DNA of 64,000 nucleotides from Candidatus Omnitrophota bacterium (lineage in GTDB: Bacteria > Omnitrophota > Gorgyraeia > Zapsychrales > Fredricksoniimonadaceae). Below, one piece after another: positions 9,319-19,433 of the stretch. The position numbers were made by a program, and so were the translations under genes. The notes under the pieces are model-generated. The model was given only the letters and a program-made list of their open reading frames with translations, did not search any database and was not told where the DNA came from. Numbering within the stretch: the first letter of the stretch is position 1; the number at the start of each line of letters is the position of its first letter. The stretch is taken from contig JADFXH010000004.1 in the NCBI GenBank assembly GCA_015233675.1, forward strand, positions 8,492 to 72,491, in the 5' to 3' direction.

Positions 9319-10788
9319 TTATTTTTCTGCGAATACATCAGCGGTGAAAACGTAAAGGGAGATGTTGGGGTCTTTCCAGGCGTCCCTCGGCAGGCCTGCT
9401 TTTTGACTGCAAAGCTCGGATAAAAATTCTTCCTTGCTCCAACCGGTTTCATCCGCGACCTGCGGAAGAAAAACTCCTTGATGAATTCCATCACTAACAA
9501 TCACACCATGCTTGCTTAATTTAATCTCTGAGGAATCTTTAACGCGGCGGGGTTTTGATAAAACAGATATTTCAAGATTGATATCTTTTAATTCCGCTGC
9601 TGTCAGGGGGGGGAAACGCGGGTCCTGGGAAGCCGCGGCCACAGCCATGTTGCGTACGGTTTCATACAAGGGCTCTCTACCTATTATATTGCCAATACAG
9701 CCCCGCAAGGCCCCATGCTTACTGATAGTCACAAAGGCCCCTTCGATTTCATTAAGCCTCACATCCTTAAGGGCGATATCCGCTGCCTTACCGGTTCTAA
9801 CAAAAGTTTCAATGCTGTTGCGGGCAATTTTCAAAAGCTCTTTTTTTTCCCCGGGACTTAACGCCTTTACCCCCTCTTCCTGGGTTTTACTTGTGCCTAA
9901 AAGATCGGAATAGAAAATTACCGACGAGTATCCTACCACACGGGATTTGTCACCGGATGTATCTCCGGAATTCGCATGCTTCAACACTTCCACGTGTTTG
10001 ATCCCACGTAATTGGGCATAGATCAAAGCGGTGGTCACAGGCGCAAATCCGCACATTTCCATTTTGCGGCTCATGCATCCTTCAAAGAATTTCTTGGGAT
10101 CAATCTCTTTGATCGCTTGCAGAGCATCAGCATCCATGCGATTAGCCACATCATAGGTATAATAATGCGACATATCTGAAGATATCAAAATCAAAACATC
10201 ATCGCGCTGGCCTATAAGCTTATCCAAAGCCGCCGCCAAGTCCCGGCAGACTTGAGGATCCGGCTCCCCCATCAGGATAGGAACAATACTCACATGATCA
10301 AAAGTCTTTTGTAAAAATGGCAACTCTACTTCAAGCGCATGCTCACGTTCAAAAACCTGGGGCAAATATTGAAATTTGGGATTCTCTTTCAAAAGGGCTA
10401 TGGCAAAATCGTTGTCAACGCCAACAACGCCCAGCGGCGTTTTAAAGCCTCCCTTGGGCCAAATTGAAATGCCCTCAAAAGGGAAAAAATGACTGGGGGC
10501 GATAATCACCACTGTTTTATAATGATTACGCAGAATGGCTTTGAAGGTAAAAGCCGCCACCGGCCCTGAGTACGGATACCCCGCATGCGGAGAAATGGCT
10601 ATTTCTACTTTCCGGTCAGCCGGCACTTCTCCGGCAGACTTTTTAAAATAGTCAATTGAATCAGAAAGCTCTTTTGGATTGGCACTATAAAAACTACCAG
10701 CCACATTAGGTTCTTTGACCATATCCTCCCCCCAGGATTGAGCGGGAAAAACCACAAGCACCATCAAAAAAAAGGCGATTCTTCTCAT
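9319..10788 (-). CDS. Memo-like (AmmeMemoRadiSam protein B) fused to AMMECR1 (protein A), with an N-terminal signal peptide
   Basis: Signal MRRIAFFLMVLVVFPAQSWG. Memo motifs SPHAGYPYSG, HALEVELPFL, SSDMSHYY. AMMECR1 motif GALRGCIGNI in the C-terminal third. Confidence 0.85.
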   Translation of the reverse strand: MRRIAFFLMVLVVFPAQSWGEDMVKEPNVAGSFYSANPKELSDSIDYFKKSAGEVPADRKVEIAISPHAGYPYSGPVAAFTFKAILRNHYKTVVIIAPSHFFPFEGISIWPKGGFKTPLGVVGVDNDFAIALLKENPKFQYLPQVFEREHALEVELPFLQKTFDHVSIVPILMGEPDPQVCRDLAAALDKLIGQRDDVLILISSDMSHYYTYDVANRMDADALQAIKEIDPKKFFEGCMSRKMEMCGFAPVTTALIYAQLRGIKHVEVLKHANSGDTSGDKSRVVGYSSVIFYSDLLGTSKTQEEGVKALSPGEKKELLKIARNSIETFVRTGKAADIALKDVRLNEIEGAFVTISKHGALRGCIGNIIGREPLYETVRNMAVAAASQDPRFPPLTAAELKDINLEISVLSKPRRVKDSSEIKLSKHGVIVSDGIHQGVFLPQVADETGWSKEEFLSELCSQKAGLPRDAWKDPNISLYVFTADVFAEK

Positions 10789-11222
10789 ACCTTGTCAAAA
10801 TATGAATCCAGACTGAATTTTTTGGTGTAGAAAAACTTGCGAAGCAATACAAACGTCAACAATAAATTTAAACTGTCCAAGATGATAACCGTCTGGGGTT
10901 TTAAATGAATCCACTCACCAAAACAACCGCAACTCTCCAGCGGCAACCCTCTAAGCAAAGCCTGCCCTACCACAATCACAAAAATGCCGAATAAAATTCC
11001 CGCCCCTTTTAAACCCCAATCTGTCCACAAGCCTAAAATAACAAAAACCCCGACAATCAATTCTATGGATGGAAAAACCCGGGCGGTTAGTGCTTCGGCC
11101 CACGAAGGAAAAATCTGATAAGATTGTATCACGTACAAAAAATTCTGATAAGGAGAAAATAATTTCCCCAAACCGGAAATCAAAAAAATACTACCAATAA
11201 AAATACGCAATACACACCACAT
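10785..11222 (-). CDS. MauE/DoxX-family membrane protein
   Basis: Four hydrophobic helices, FLISGLGKLFSP and ESCGCFG motifs. I prefer the ATG at 11222 (MWCVLRIF…), 1 nt after the dsbA-like stop, over the ORF-track start at 11276. Confidence 0.7.
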   Translation of the reverse strand: MWCVLRIFIGSIFLISGLGKLFSPYQNFLYVIQSYQIFPSWAEALTARVFPSIELIVGVFVILGLWTDWGLKGAGILFGIFVIVVGQALLRGLPLESCGCFGEWIHLKPQTVIILDSLNLLLTFVLLRKFFYTKKFSLDSYFDKV

Positions 11223-11223
11223 A

Positions 11224-11838
11224 CTATTTACCGGTTGGGAAGTATGTGCTAATCTCATCCTGCAAAGATTTCGCACCTACCACCATTTTATTATTGATAA
11301 AATATGTCGGTGTAGAAATGATCCCTAACGACTGGCCCAGGGACTTCTCGTTATTGATCACTTGGCGAGCATCAACTGAGGCCAGACAGGCGTTTAACTG
11401 CTTTGGATCTATCCCCGCCTGTAGCGCCATAGACTGAAAAATAGGTTCCGGACTGATCAACTGTGCCCACTGACTCTGTTGAGGCATCATCAAATCATCC
11501 AAAGCCCAAAATTTCCCCTGACGAGCGGCGCATTCGCTGTAAAGCGCGCTTACCATGGCATGACGATGCATTTTTGTCAAAGGGAAATACCTCACCTGCA
11601 GGTAAATATCGTTAGGATGTTTGTCAAAAAATGTTTTTAAAAATTTTACACCATAGGCGCAAGCCGGGCATTGAAAATCAATATATTCAACAATCTTGAC
11701 ACGGGCCTGAGAGTTACCTTTGGCCCTGGCCGTTTGTAAATTAATCCCATCTTTCTTTGGCACCAAAAATAATTTAGCTCCCGCTATAAATACGATTAAA
11801 ACTAAAACAATCACTAAGGTTGCCCGTAGTTTATTCAT
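11224..11838 (-). CDS. DsbA-family thiol:disulfide oxidoreductase (membrane-anchored/secreted)
   Basis: N-terminal hydrophobic anchor, thioredoxin-fold active site DFQCPACAYG, C-terminal STPTYFIN block. Confidence 0.85.
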   Translation of the reverse strand: MNKLRATLVIVLVLIVFIAGAKLFLVPKKDGINLQTARAKGNSQARVKIVEYIDFQCPACAYGVKFLKTFFDKHPNDIYLQVRYFPLTKMHRHAMVSALYSECAARQGKFWALDDLMMPQQSQWAQLISPEPIFQSMALQAGIDPKQLNACLASVDARQVINNEKSLGQSLGIISTPTYFINNKMVVGAKSLQDEISTYFPTGK

Positions 11839-11839
11839 A

Positions 11840-13384
11840 TTAAATACCCCTGTCTGTTTTTTTCATAATATGAGATATCTTTTGGCTTAACTTTGACGTC
11901 AAAGCATTGGCTCTTAGCCGCCATTGCCAGTTATTGACCTTGGTAGCTGGCGTATTCATACGGCCTTCTTCCCTTAGGCCCAAAAAATCAGGCATGGGGA
12001 TAATGATGGTTTCGGCTTTTGAGCGCATCAGAACTTCAATCATCGTCCAATGCAAATTTCGAGACGTAAATTTCGTTTGCAAAACCCGGGCTATGTTGGC
12101 CTTTTCATGCGGATTAGCCTCTTTTTGGTACCATCCTTGAATGGTATTGTTATCATGTGTTCCGCTATAGGCGACACAGGAAACAGGATAATTAACAGGC
12201 ACATGCGGATTGGAATTAATGTCTCCGTTAAAAGCAAACAACAATACCCGCATACCCGGAAAACCAAATTTTTTCATTAATTCAACGACATCCGGCGTGA
12301 TTTCTCCCAAATCCTCAGCAATAATAGGAAGTGTTTTAAAACGTTTAGCCAGCGCCTTAAAAAAAGATTCTCCCGGCCCTTTGACCCAACGCCCGAAAAC
12401 TGCCAACTTTTCGTACGCAGGAATTTGCCAAAAACCGGCGAACCCGCGGAAATGATCAATACGCAGATAATCAAACATTTTTAAATCATGCGCGATGCGC
12501 TCAGTCCACCAGTTATACTTGACCTTTTTTAAATGTGCCCAGTTGTATACCGGATTTCCCCAACGTTGACCGGTTCTTGAAAAATAATCCGGGGGGCATC
12601 CGCTGATAAATTTCAACTGCCCTTTTCTATCGACTTTAAAGAATGACGGGTGACACCAGACATCCACACTGTCATAATTAACATAAATGGGGATGTCCCC
12701 GATGATAGCAACATTTTTACTATTGGCATAACCTTTAAGCTTATGCCACTGACGGAAAAATAAATACTGAATGAACTTAATCCGCTCTATATCCGAAGAA
12801 TTCTTGCGGGCAAATGTCCTGAGGGCTTGAGGTTTGCGGTTTTTCAAAACTCTGGGCCATTCATTCCAGCCTAGGCCGCCATAGGCAGATTTTATAACCA
12901 TGAATAAAGCAAAATCTTCAAGCCAATAGTGCTGGGTTTTAACAAATTGGTCAAAATCCTCCCGTAACGACATTTCCTTACAGGGGCACACCGCTTGGGA
13001 CACAAGCCTGACGGGACTCTTTTGAAAACGCCGATAAGCGGCATTAAATATCTTCTCTTTAAAAAGCCTCACCCTGGCATAATCCACTTTCCCCTCATCT
13101 AAAACCACCGGGATATTAACATCGCAAGGCCGCAGGAAGCCTTCAATCACCATCATCTCAGGGCTTATCAGCAGCGGGTTCCCCCCAAAAGCTGAAGAGC
13201 AACTGTACGGCGAATTGCCATTAATCCCATCGGTGGGATTGATCGGTAAAATCTGCCAGTACTTTTGTCCGCAAGCAGCCGCAAAGTCAACAAAAGCATA
13301 GGCAAAAGAACCCATATCCCCTATACCGTACTTAGAAGGTAACGAAGTGACATGCAACAAAATACCGCTATTACGTTTATACAT
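11840..13384 (-). CDS. malQ: 4-alpha-glucanotransferase (GH77)
   Basis: GILLHVTSLPSKYGIGDMG N-terminus, LRIDHFRGF, IIAEDLG, and the YSGTHDN block typical of MalQ. Confidence 0.9.
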   Translation of the reverse strand: MYKRNSGILLHVTSLPSKYGIGDMGSFAYAFVDFAAACGQKYWQILPINPTDGINGNSPYSCSSAFGGNPLLISPEMMVIEGFLRPCDVNIPVVLDEGKVDYARVRLFKEKIFNAAYRRFQKSPVRLVSQAVCPCKEMSLREDFDQFVKTQHYWLEDFALFMVIKSAYGGLGWNEWPRVLKNRKPQALRTFARKNSSDIERIKFIQYLFFRQWHKLKGYANSKNVAIIGDIPIYVNYDSVDVWCHPSFFKVDRKGQLKFISGCPPDYFSRTGQRWGNPVYNWAHLKKVKYNWWTERIAHDLKMFDYLRIDHFRGFAGFWQIPAYEKLAVFGRWVKGPGESFFKALAKRFKTLPIIAEDLGEITPDVVELMKKFGFPGMRVLLFAFNGDINSNPHVPVNYPVSCVAYSGTHDNNTIQGWYQKEANPHEKANIARVLQTKFTSRNLHWTMIEVLMRSKAETIIIPMPDFLGLREEGRMNTPATKVNNWQWRLRANALTSKLSQKISHIMKKTDRGI

Positions 13385-13422
13385 AAAAATAAAATGGCCT
13401 TACGACCTGCCTGCTAAAAAGT

Positions 13423-15846
13423 TTAAGTAATATTAACATGAAGGATTTCACCTAACTGTTTAAAATGTTTCACCCAGAGGCCCGCCAACTCATCAGTCCC
13501 TGCCTGAGAAATGATGCCCGGATATGTTTTCCGGCCCATGGCAAAATAAATATTTTGCGTCTTCCATAGATCCAAATCCAGACTCAATTGTCCCAAAACC
13601 CCCAAAATAGCAATAATTTTCTCCATGCTTTGAATATTATCCGGATGCTCTGACAAATGGTTCATCAGACTGCTGATCCTCTGACTCGCCAAAAAAGTAA
13701 AATTGGCCTGGTCACGCTTGAAAGACCATCGTTTCATCTCTTCTACCAATTGTTTAAAGCGGTTAATGTCCACCTCTTCGGCTTCAAGAACATCACTGAT
13801 GTCCCGATTAAGGACAAATTCTACAATGGTCATCAGCATACGCGGTAAAGGCAAACTGATCTCATTTTTAATCTGCATCAAGGGATAATGGTGATCGTAA
13901 ATCTGACGGAAACTCGTTTCAATATCTTCCATCGTCGATCCTAAGACCTGATTAAGGATTTTTCGCTGTTCTTCTTTAAACAGATGCCAAAGCGAATAAT
14001 TGTGATGCTTAAAATAATCTTTGATGAACCCGATCACACTGGGAATATCGCTCTCTAAAAAAGCATTCGTCATAAAAGAGCGCATTTTAGAGAACTCATC
14101 CGCATTTAAATAATCAACCCCTCCGATAAAATTATGGTCGCCTAAATGCAATACCGCAAAACATATATACGCCTGTTCCCATGTATCTTTAGAACGCACC
14201 TTTGCGCGTCCTACGGCAAGCCTCAGGCGTCCCGCTTCTTTAAGATCATACTGTTCGCTTTTGACGGTATAACTATACATATTAGTTTGAGGCGCGTATT
14301 GCTCAAATAAAGACGTCATCGCAAAATGAGCCCCCACACGCAAAAGATCCACAACCGAAGGCTTGACCATGGTGCGGTAAATTTGAGCTCCGTCCTTTAA
14401 TTCTGGGACATTGCTGACCACCCCGGACAAACGGGAGATGAACCCCTCTTCCAAGCCTACACTGGAGACGTCCTGAGCCAGCTGGATGGCTCGTGCCGCA
14501 TATTTAAGAGTCTGCACTGTCTCAATACCTGAAACCTCGTTAAAGAACCAACCGCAGGACGTATACATCAACATGGCATTTGTCTGCATTTCCAACAGTT
14601 TGAGAATTTTAATTTTCTCTTCTTCCCTGAGATCCCGACCGGTGACGTTTTGTAAAAACCTTTCTATATTCTCTTCACTGCGATCCAAAATGATTTCGGC
14701 ATATCTATCACGGACTCCCCAAGGGTCATTGGTAAAAGCAGCCATTTGATTCTCATACAAAGGCCCCAGCTGATCTCGCAGCCAATCCAATGACTGGCGC
14801 AAGGGAGCGCGCCACTTTTGATTCCATCCCGATTGGCCGCCGGTTGCACAGCCGCAATCCGAACGCCAGCGCTCAATTCCATGATTACAGCTCCATGACG
14901 AATTCTCTACAATTTCCACTTCTTGAGTCGGAGGGAATTTTTGCAAAAATTCCCCATAAATGGTCAACTGGGCCAAATGATTACTGCCAATATAATGCAG
15001 GCAATATGCCAGGGCCATATCGCCAAATTTATGGTGATGGCCATAGGTTTCTCCGTCAGTCGCAATATTAACAATTTGGGCGCCGGGATTACCAACGCTA
15101 AATTCATTCGTCAACCGCCTGGCAAACTGCTCGCCATTATTAAGCAAACCCTCAAATGCAACCCCGAGGGCAATCGGCCCATCATAAAAGAAAATACAAA
15201 TTTGCCTCCCTGAGGGCAGATAACAACGGTAAGGCACACGAGGATCAACCTTGGCTACAGAAACATCACGCCACAGCATTTCTTGGTCGCTATTCTTAAC
15301 TCGTCTGGCTTGGTGGGGAGCTAAAATGGTAAACTTAATTCCCTGTTCTGCCATCAAATCTAATGATTCCAGATCAACCGCAGTTTCAGCCAGCCACATA
15401 CCCTCAGGTTTCCGCTTAAATCTCGACTCAAAATCTTTAATTCCCCAAATGATCTGTGTGCGCTTGTCTTTCGAATTGGCCAGCGGCATGATCATGTGAT
15501 TATAAACCTGAGCGATCGCGCTGCCATGACCGGAAAATTGCTGTTGGCTTAATCGGTCAGCCTCCAAAATAGCCGCATAAATTTCAGGATCTTTATCCTG
15601 CATCCACGACAAAAGGGTAGGCCCGAAATTAAAACTGATCTTGGAATAATTGTTAACAATATCAACGATGCGGCGATTGTTGTCTAATATACGCGCGGCC
15701 ACATTACGGGCATAGCATTCTGCTGTGACCTTTTCATTCCAATCGTGATAAGGATAAGCGGAATCCTGCACTTCAACTTTATCCAGCCATGGATTTTCCC
15801 GCGGAGGCTGATAAAAATGGCCGTGTATACAAATAAATTTATTCAA
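13423..15846 (-). CDS. GH57-family glycoside hydrolase with a long C-terminal domain (DUF3536-type architecture)
   Basis: GH57 blocks IHGHFYQPPRENPW, GMWLAETAV (nucleophile Glu), ATDGETYGHHH. 807 aa. Confidence 0.85.
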   Translation of the reverse strand: MNKFICIHGHFYQPPRENPWLDKVEVQDSAYPYHDWNEKVTAECYARNVAARILDNNRRIVDIVNNYSKISFNFGPTLLSWMQDKDPEIYAAILEADRLSQQQFSGHGSAIAQVYNHMIMPLANSKDKRTQIIWGIKDFESRFKRKPEGMWLAETAVDLESLDLMAEQGIKFTILAPHQARRVKNSDQEMLWRDVSVAKVDPRVPYRCYLPSGRQICIFFYDGPIALGVAFEGLLNNGEQFARRLTNEFSVGNPGAQIVNIATDGETYGHHHKFGDMALAYCLHYIGSNHLAQLTIYGEFLQKFPPTQEVEIVENSSWSCNHGIERWRSDCGCATGGQSGWNQKWRAPLRQSLDWLRDQLGPLYENQMAAFTNDPWGVRDRYAEIILDRSEENIERFLQNVTGRDLREEEKIKILKLLEMQTNAMLMYTSCGWFFNEVSGIETVQTLKYAARAIQLAQDVSSVGLEEGFISRLSGVVSNVPELKDGAQIYRTMVKPSVVDLLRVGAHFAMTSLFEQYAPQTNMYSYTVKSEQYDLKEAGRLRLAVGRAKVRSKDTWEQAYICFAVLHLGDHNFIGGVDYLNADEFSKMRSFMTNAFLESDIPSVIGFIKDYFKHHNYSLWHLFKEEQRKILNQVLGSTMEDIETSFRQIYDHHYPLMQIKNEISLPLPRMLMTIVEFVLNRDISDVLEAEEVDINRFKQLVEEMKRWSFKRDQANFTFLASQRISSLMNHLSEHPDNIQSMEKIIAILGVLGQLSLDLDLWKTQNIYFAMGRKTYPGIISQAGTDELAGLWVKHFKQLGEILHVNIT

Positions 15847-15899
15847 ATTAAATTTTCCTTTTTATTCCTGCTTCCTGGATCAAAGGAGAGACAGACGCC

Positions 15900-16199
15900 T
15901 TACTTACGAGTCTTAGGCTTACCGTTACCAGACCCGCTATTGGCAGAAGAAGCCTGCTCATTGATCTTGTAGACAATTGAGTTAAAAGCGTGCAATTCAC
16001 CTTCGACCAGAGAAACAAAAGTACGGCGATTTTTTACGGTATACGCGATTTTATCTTCGCGAGCCAGCCAACCCAAAGCCTGTAAAACAATTTCATCTTT
16101 CTCTTTGAGAGACTGCACCAACCGGCTGACATTGGTTTGTCCATTTTGCCCCAAATATCGCCATGTTTTTCCAGCTACTTCAATGATTTTGTCTTTCAT
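15900..16199 (-). CDS. Small winged-helix protein (DUF2582-like)
   Basis: 99 aa. The pattern AGKTWRYLGQNG…VSRLVQSL…LQALGWLAREDKI resembles the winged-HTH DUF2582 family. Basic tail. Confidence 0.55.
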   Translation of the reverse strand: MKDKIIEVAGKTWRYLGQNGQTNVSRLVQSLKEKDEIVLQALGWLAREDKIAYTVKNRRTFVSLVEGELHAFNSIVYKINEQASSANSGSGNGKPKTRK

Positions 16200-16457
16200 A
16201 GCACCCCTCCCAGTCTTCTTTAAAGTAGTATTCTAATCTCAAGAGCAACCATCGTCAACACCGGACTTTACTAACACTTTGAACTTAGTTGATAACGCCT
16301 GTTCGGCATCAATTTATTTTTCTATGTTCACGACATTGTATTCCCTTCGCAGGCAATGCGTCATTTTTTAGCGTTAAAAAAATGACCCCAGGAGCAAAAA
16401 GAATAAATTTAGCCCTTATAATGCCTGCGCACACTGGAAATGTTCATCAGGAAGAAC

Positions 16458-17414
16458 TCAGGGCTGTTGAGCTAGACGAGTGGCTCCTAGTATGACGGCA
16501 TCATCGCCGAGCTTGGAAGGTAAAACACGGCAGGTGTTGAATTTCTTAAAAAAAGGATCCGCACTGACTTCTTTGGCAATAACAGGTAAAATAAAATTAC
16601 CGCAAGCCTTGATGACCCCACCGCCAAAAATAATAGCCTGCGGATTAAATATATGATTCAAAGAAACAGCTGTTTTGCCCAGGACCACCGCTGCTTTAGT
16701 CATGACTGATTTGACCACCGCGTCATTTTTAGCCAACGCTTCCTTTAAAATCCGGCTTTTGATCATGTTTAAATTTCCGTCATTAAGCTCTGTGACAATT
16801 GTCTTCCTGCCGGATTTAACAGCTAAACGGATATCGCGTTCAATGGCCCAACGGCTGGTCAACGCCTCAAGGCACCCACGATTGCCGCAATGACACATCG
16901 GGCCATCCAAATCCATGATCACATGGCCTAACTCCGTAGCTGCCCCCTGAGATCCTAATAATAATTTACCATCAATAATAACTGCCCCACCGACACCGGT
17001 TCCGGGAAAAATACCCACAACATGCGAAAGGCCTTTGGCCGCTCCCAGCCAAAGCTCACCTAATAGCCCTGCATTAACATCATTGGCGATGACCACCCGC
17101 ATGCGGTATTTCCGCTTTAAAGAAGCAACAAGAGGAAAACCGGTAAGAGCGATATTAGGCGCAGCCAAGATACGGTGATTGAGCGTATCCACAATACCAG
17201 GAACGCCCGCCCCGATACCCTTGATGGACGCGCGGCTAATGCTGTCCGTGCGGATCAATTCATCGATAGCATCGGACACGCAATTATAAATATCACGGGA
17301 CTTGACTTTTTTAGGGGTAGATATCTTAATGCGCGTCAAGATATTGCCCGACGCTGAAACTAAAGCCGCCGCGATCTTGGTGCCGCCTATATCAATCCCA
17401 ATATAGTAGTTCAT
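16458..17414 (-). CDS. ROK-family sugar kinase (glucokinase-like)
   Basis: GIDIGGTKI ATP-binding N-terminus and the ROK zinc motif CHCGNRGCLE. Its start overlaps the ppk1 stop (ATGA). Confidence 0.85.
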   Translation of the reverse strand: MNYYIGIDIGGTKIAAALVSASGNILTRIKISTPKKVKSRDIYNCVSDAIDELIRTDSISRASIKGIGAGVPGIVDTLNHRILAAPNIALTGFPLVASLKRKYRMRVVIANDVNAGLLGELWLGAAKGLSHVVGIFPGTGVGGAVIIDGKLLLGSQGAATELGHVIMDLDGPMCHCGNRGCLEALTSRWAIERDIRLAVKSGRKTIVTELNDGNLNMIKSRILKEALAKNDAVVKSVMTKAAVVLGKTAVSLNHIFNPQAIIFGGGVIKACGNFILPVIAKEVSADPFFKKFNTCRVLPSKLGDDAVILGATRLAQQP

Positions 17415-19429
17415 CGTGTGTAGTGATTGATAAAATATTCCTGAACGTCAAAAGCCACGCCTTCTTTTCTAATACGCCCGTAGCTGTGGTCACTTCTTAA
17501 AACCCTTGCCTTACGGGTGTCTTTTAAATAACTGTCCAGCATAAATTGCAGGTGACTTTTGATCTCAGGCTTGGTAATCTCAAACAAGAGTTCAATACGA
17601 CGGTCAAAATTTCTTGTCATCCAGTCCGCCGATGACAAAAATACACGGCCATTACCATTGTTATTAAAATAAAAGACCCTGGAATGCTCCAGAAAACGGT
17701 CCACAATGCTGCGCACTTCGATATTCTCACTTAATCCCTCGACCCCCGGCACAAGCGAACAAATGCCCCTTACGATCATCTTGATTTTAACACCTGCCTG
17801 AGAGGCCTCGTATAATTTTTCAATAATTTGAGTATCTTCCAAGGCGTTCATTTTAGCAATAATCAAACCGTTCTTGTATAACTGTTGGGCTTCAATTTCC
17901 TTGTCGATCAGATCAACGAAATATTTACGCAGATCATGCGGAGAGGAAATGACCCTCTTCCATGGGCTGGGAAGAGAATAACCGGTAATGACGTTAAACA
18001 CATCCGCGATGTCGCGGGCAAAATCGTCATTAGCCGTAAAAAACCCGATATCCGTATAAACATTGGCTGTTTTTTCATTATAATTCCCCGTTGCTAAATG
18101 CACATAACGGCGGATACGTCCTTCTTCCTTACGCACGATCAATGTCATCTTGGAATGGATCTTAAGCCCCGCGATCCCGTAAATCACATGACAGCCCGCC
18201 TGCTCTAGTTCACGCGACCATTGAATATTCTTTTCTTCTTCAAACCGAGCCTTGATCTCAACGACCACGGTCACCTGTTTACGGTTTTTAGCCGCCTCCA
18301 TCAAAGCCTTGATAATGGCTGAATCTTCATTAGTACGGTAAAGCGTCATCTTAATGGCCAGAACATCCGGGTCACGCGCCGCCACGGCAATGAGCTCACA
18401 GGTCGGCACAAAAGATTGAAAAGGCACATGGATAATAAAATCTTCCTCTTTGATCTTTTCAAAAATATTGTCATAAGCAAATTTTACCGGGGTAAAACTA
18501 GCATAACGCAGCTGCGGCTTTTCGATCGAGGCAGCCAGATCATAAAGGAAGGTCAGGTCCAAATCAGAAGCAATAAACGCAACCTCTTCTTTAGGGAAAT
18601 CGATACCATTACATAAAACTTCCAGAAGTTCGGGGGTGGTATCCTTTTCCATCTGTAAATACACGGACTTGGCGTTCGAACGTTTTTTTAATTCTTTTTC
18701 CAAAGCTTTGAGCAGATCGGGAGCGAAGCCTTCGTCAACTTCCAGCTCACTATCACGTAAAACCCTAAAAAGCGAAGCATCCTTAATCTTATAACCTTTA
18801 AAAAACTGTGTTAAATTGTCTTTGATCAGATGATCGGTCAGCACATACACCGATTCCTCTCCTTCCGCCGGTACTTTCAACAAACGGGGTACGGATTTCG
18901 GGATGGGAATAATCGCCAGATGATTCTTCTCAGAACGGATAATGTTGGCCGCAAAGGCAATGGTACGCGAAGGCAGTACCGGAAAAGGATGCCCGCCGTC
19001 CACGGCCATGGGAGTAATGATAGGATACAGAGTGGTATCAAAAAACCGCTGCACGTATTTTTTTTGTTCCGGGCTTAAGTTCTCCGGCTTTTTAATAAAG
19101 ATCTTCTCACCTTCCAAAGAGTCCCTGACAGAACCCTGATATACTTCATAAAATCTTTTCACCAGATCATCTGTACGCGTTTTGATTTCCGCAGAAAGTT
19201 CTTGGGGATAAAACCCGAACTGATCGCGCTTATTATAACCAGAAGCCATAAGTTTTTTGGCTCCTGACATCCTTACCATAAAGAATTCGTCGAGATTACT
19301 GGTAAAAATTGCTAAGAATTTGATGCGTTCCAAAAGCGGATTGCGTTCATCAGCGGCCTCTTCCAAAACCCGGCGGTTGAATTCCAGCCAGCTTAAATCC
19401 CTGTGAATAAATTTTTCTTTAATTTCCAT
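17411..19429 (-). CDS. ppk: Polyphosphate kinase 1
   Basis: RDLSWLEFNRRVLEEA N-terminus, two PLD-like halves (…KIHSKMTLIVR…). 672 aa. Confidence 0.95.
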   Translation of the reverse strand: MEIKEKFIHRDLSWLEFNRRVLEEAADERNPLLERIKFLAIFTSNLDEFFMVRMSGAKKLMASGYNKRDQFGFYPQELSAEIKTRTDDLVKRFYEVYQGSVRDSLEGEKIFIKKPENLSPEQKKYVQRFFDTTLYPIITPMAVDGGHPFPVLPSRTIAFAANIIRSEKNHLAIIPIPKSVPRLLKVPAEGEESVYVLTDHLIKDNLTQFFKGYKIKDASLFRVLRDSELEVDEGFAPDLLKALEKELKKRSNAKSVYLQMEKDTTPELLEVLCNGIDFPKEEVAFIASDLDLTFLYDLAASIEKPQLRYASFTPVKFAYDNIFEKIKEEDFIIHVPFQSFVPTCELIAVAARDPDVLAIKMTLYRTNEDSAIIKALMEAAKNRKQVTVVVEIKARFEEEKNIQWSRELEQAGCHVIYGIAGLKIHSKMTLIVRKEEGRIRRYVHLATGNYNEKTANVYTDIGFFTANDDFARDIADVFNVITGYSLPSPWKRVISSPHDLRKYFVDLIDKEIEAQQLYKNGLIIAKMNALEDTQIIEKLYEASQAGVKIKMIVRGICSLVPGVEGLSENIEVRSIVDRFLEHSRVFYFNNNGNGRVFLSSADWMTRNFDRRIELLFEITKPEIKSHLQFMLDSYLKDTRKARVLRSDHSYGRIRKEGVAFDVQEYFINHYTR

Positions 19430-19433
19430 GATC

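Noticed and set aside
9294-9500. 68-aa minus-strand ORF overlapping the 3' end of the Memo-AMMECR1 gene
   Set aside because: It is in an alternative frame of a well-supported gene, with no RBS and a basic low-complexity product.
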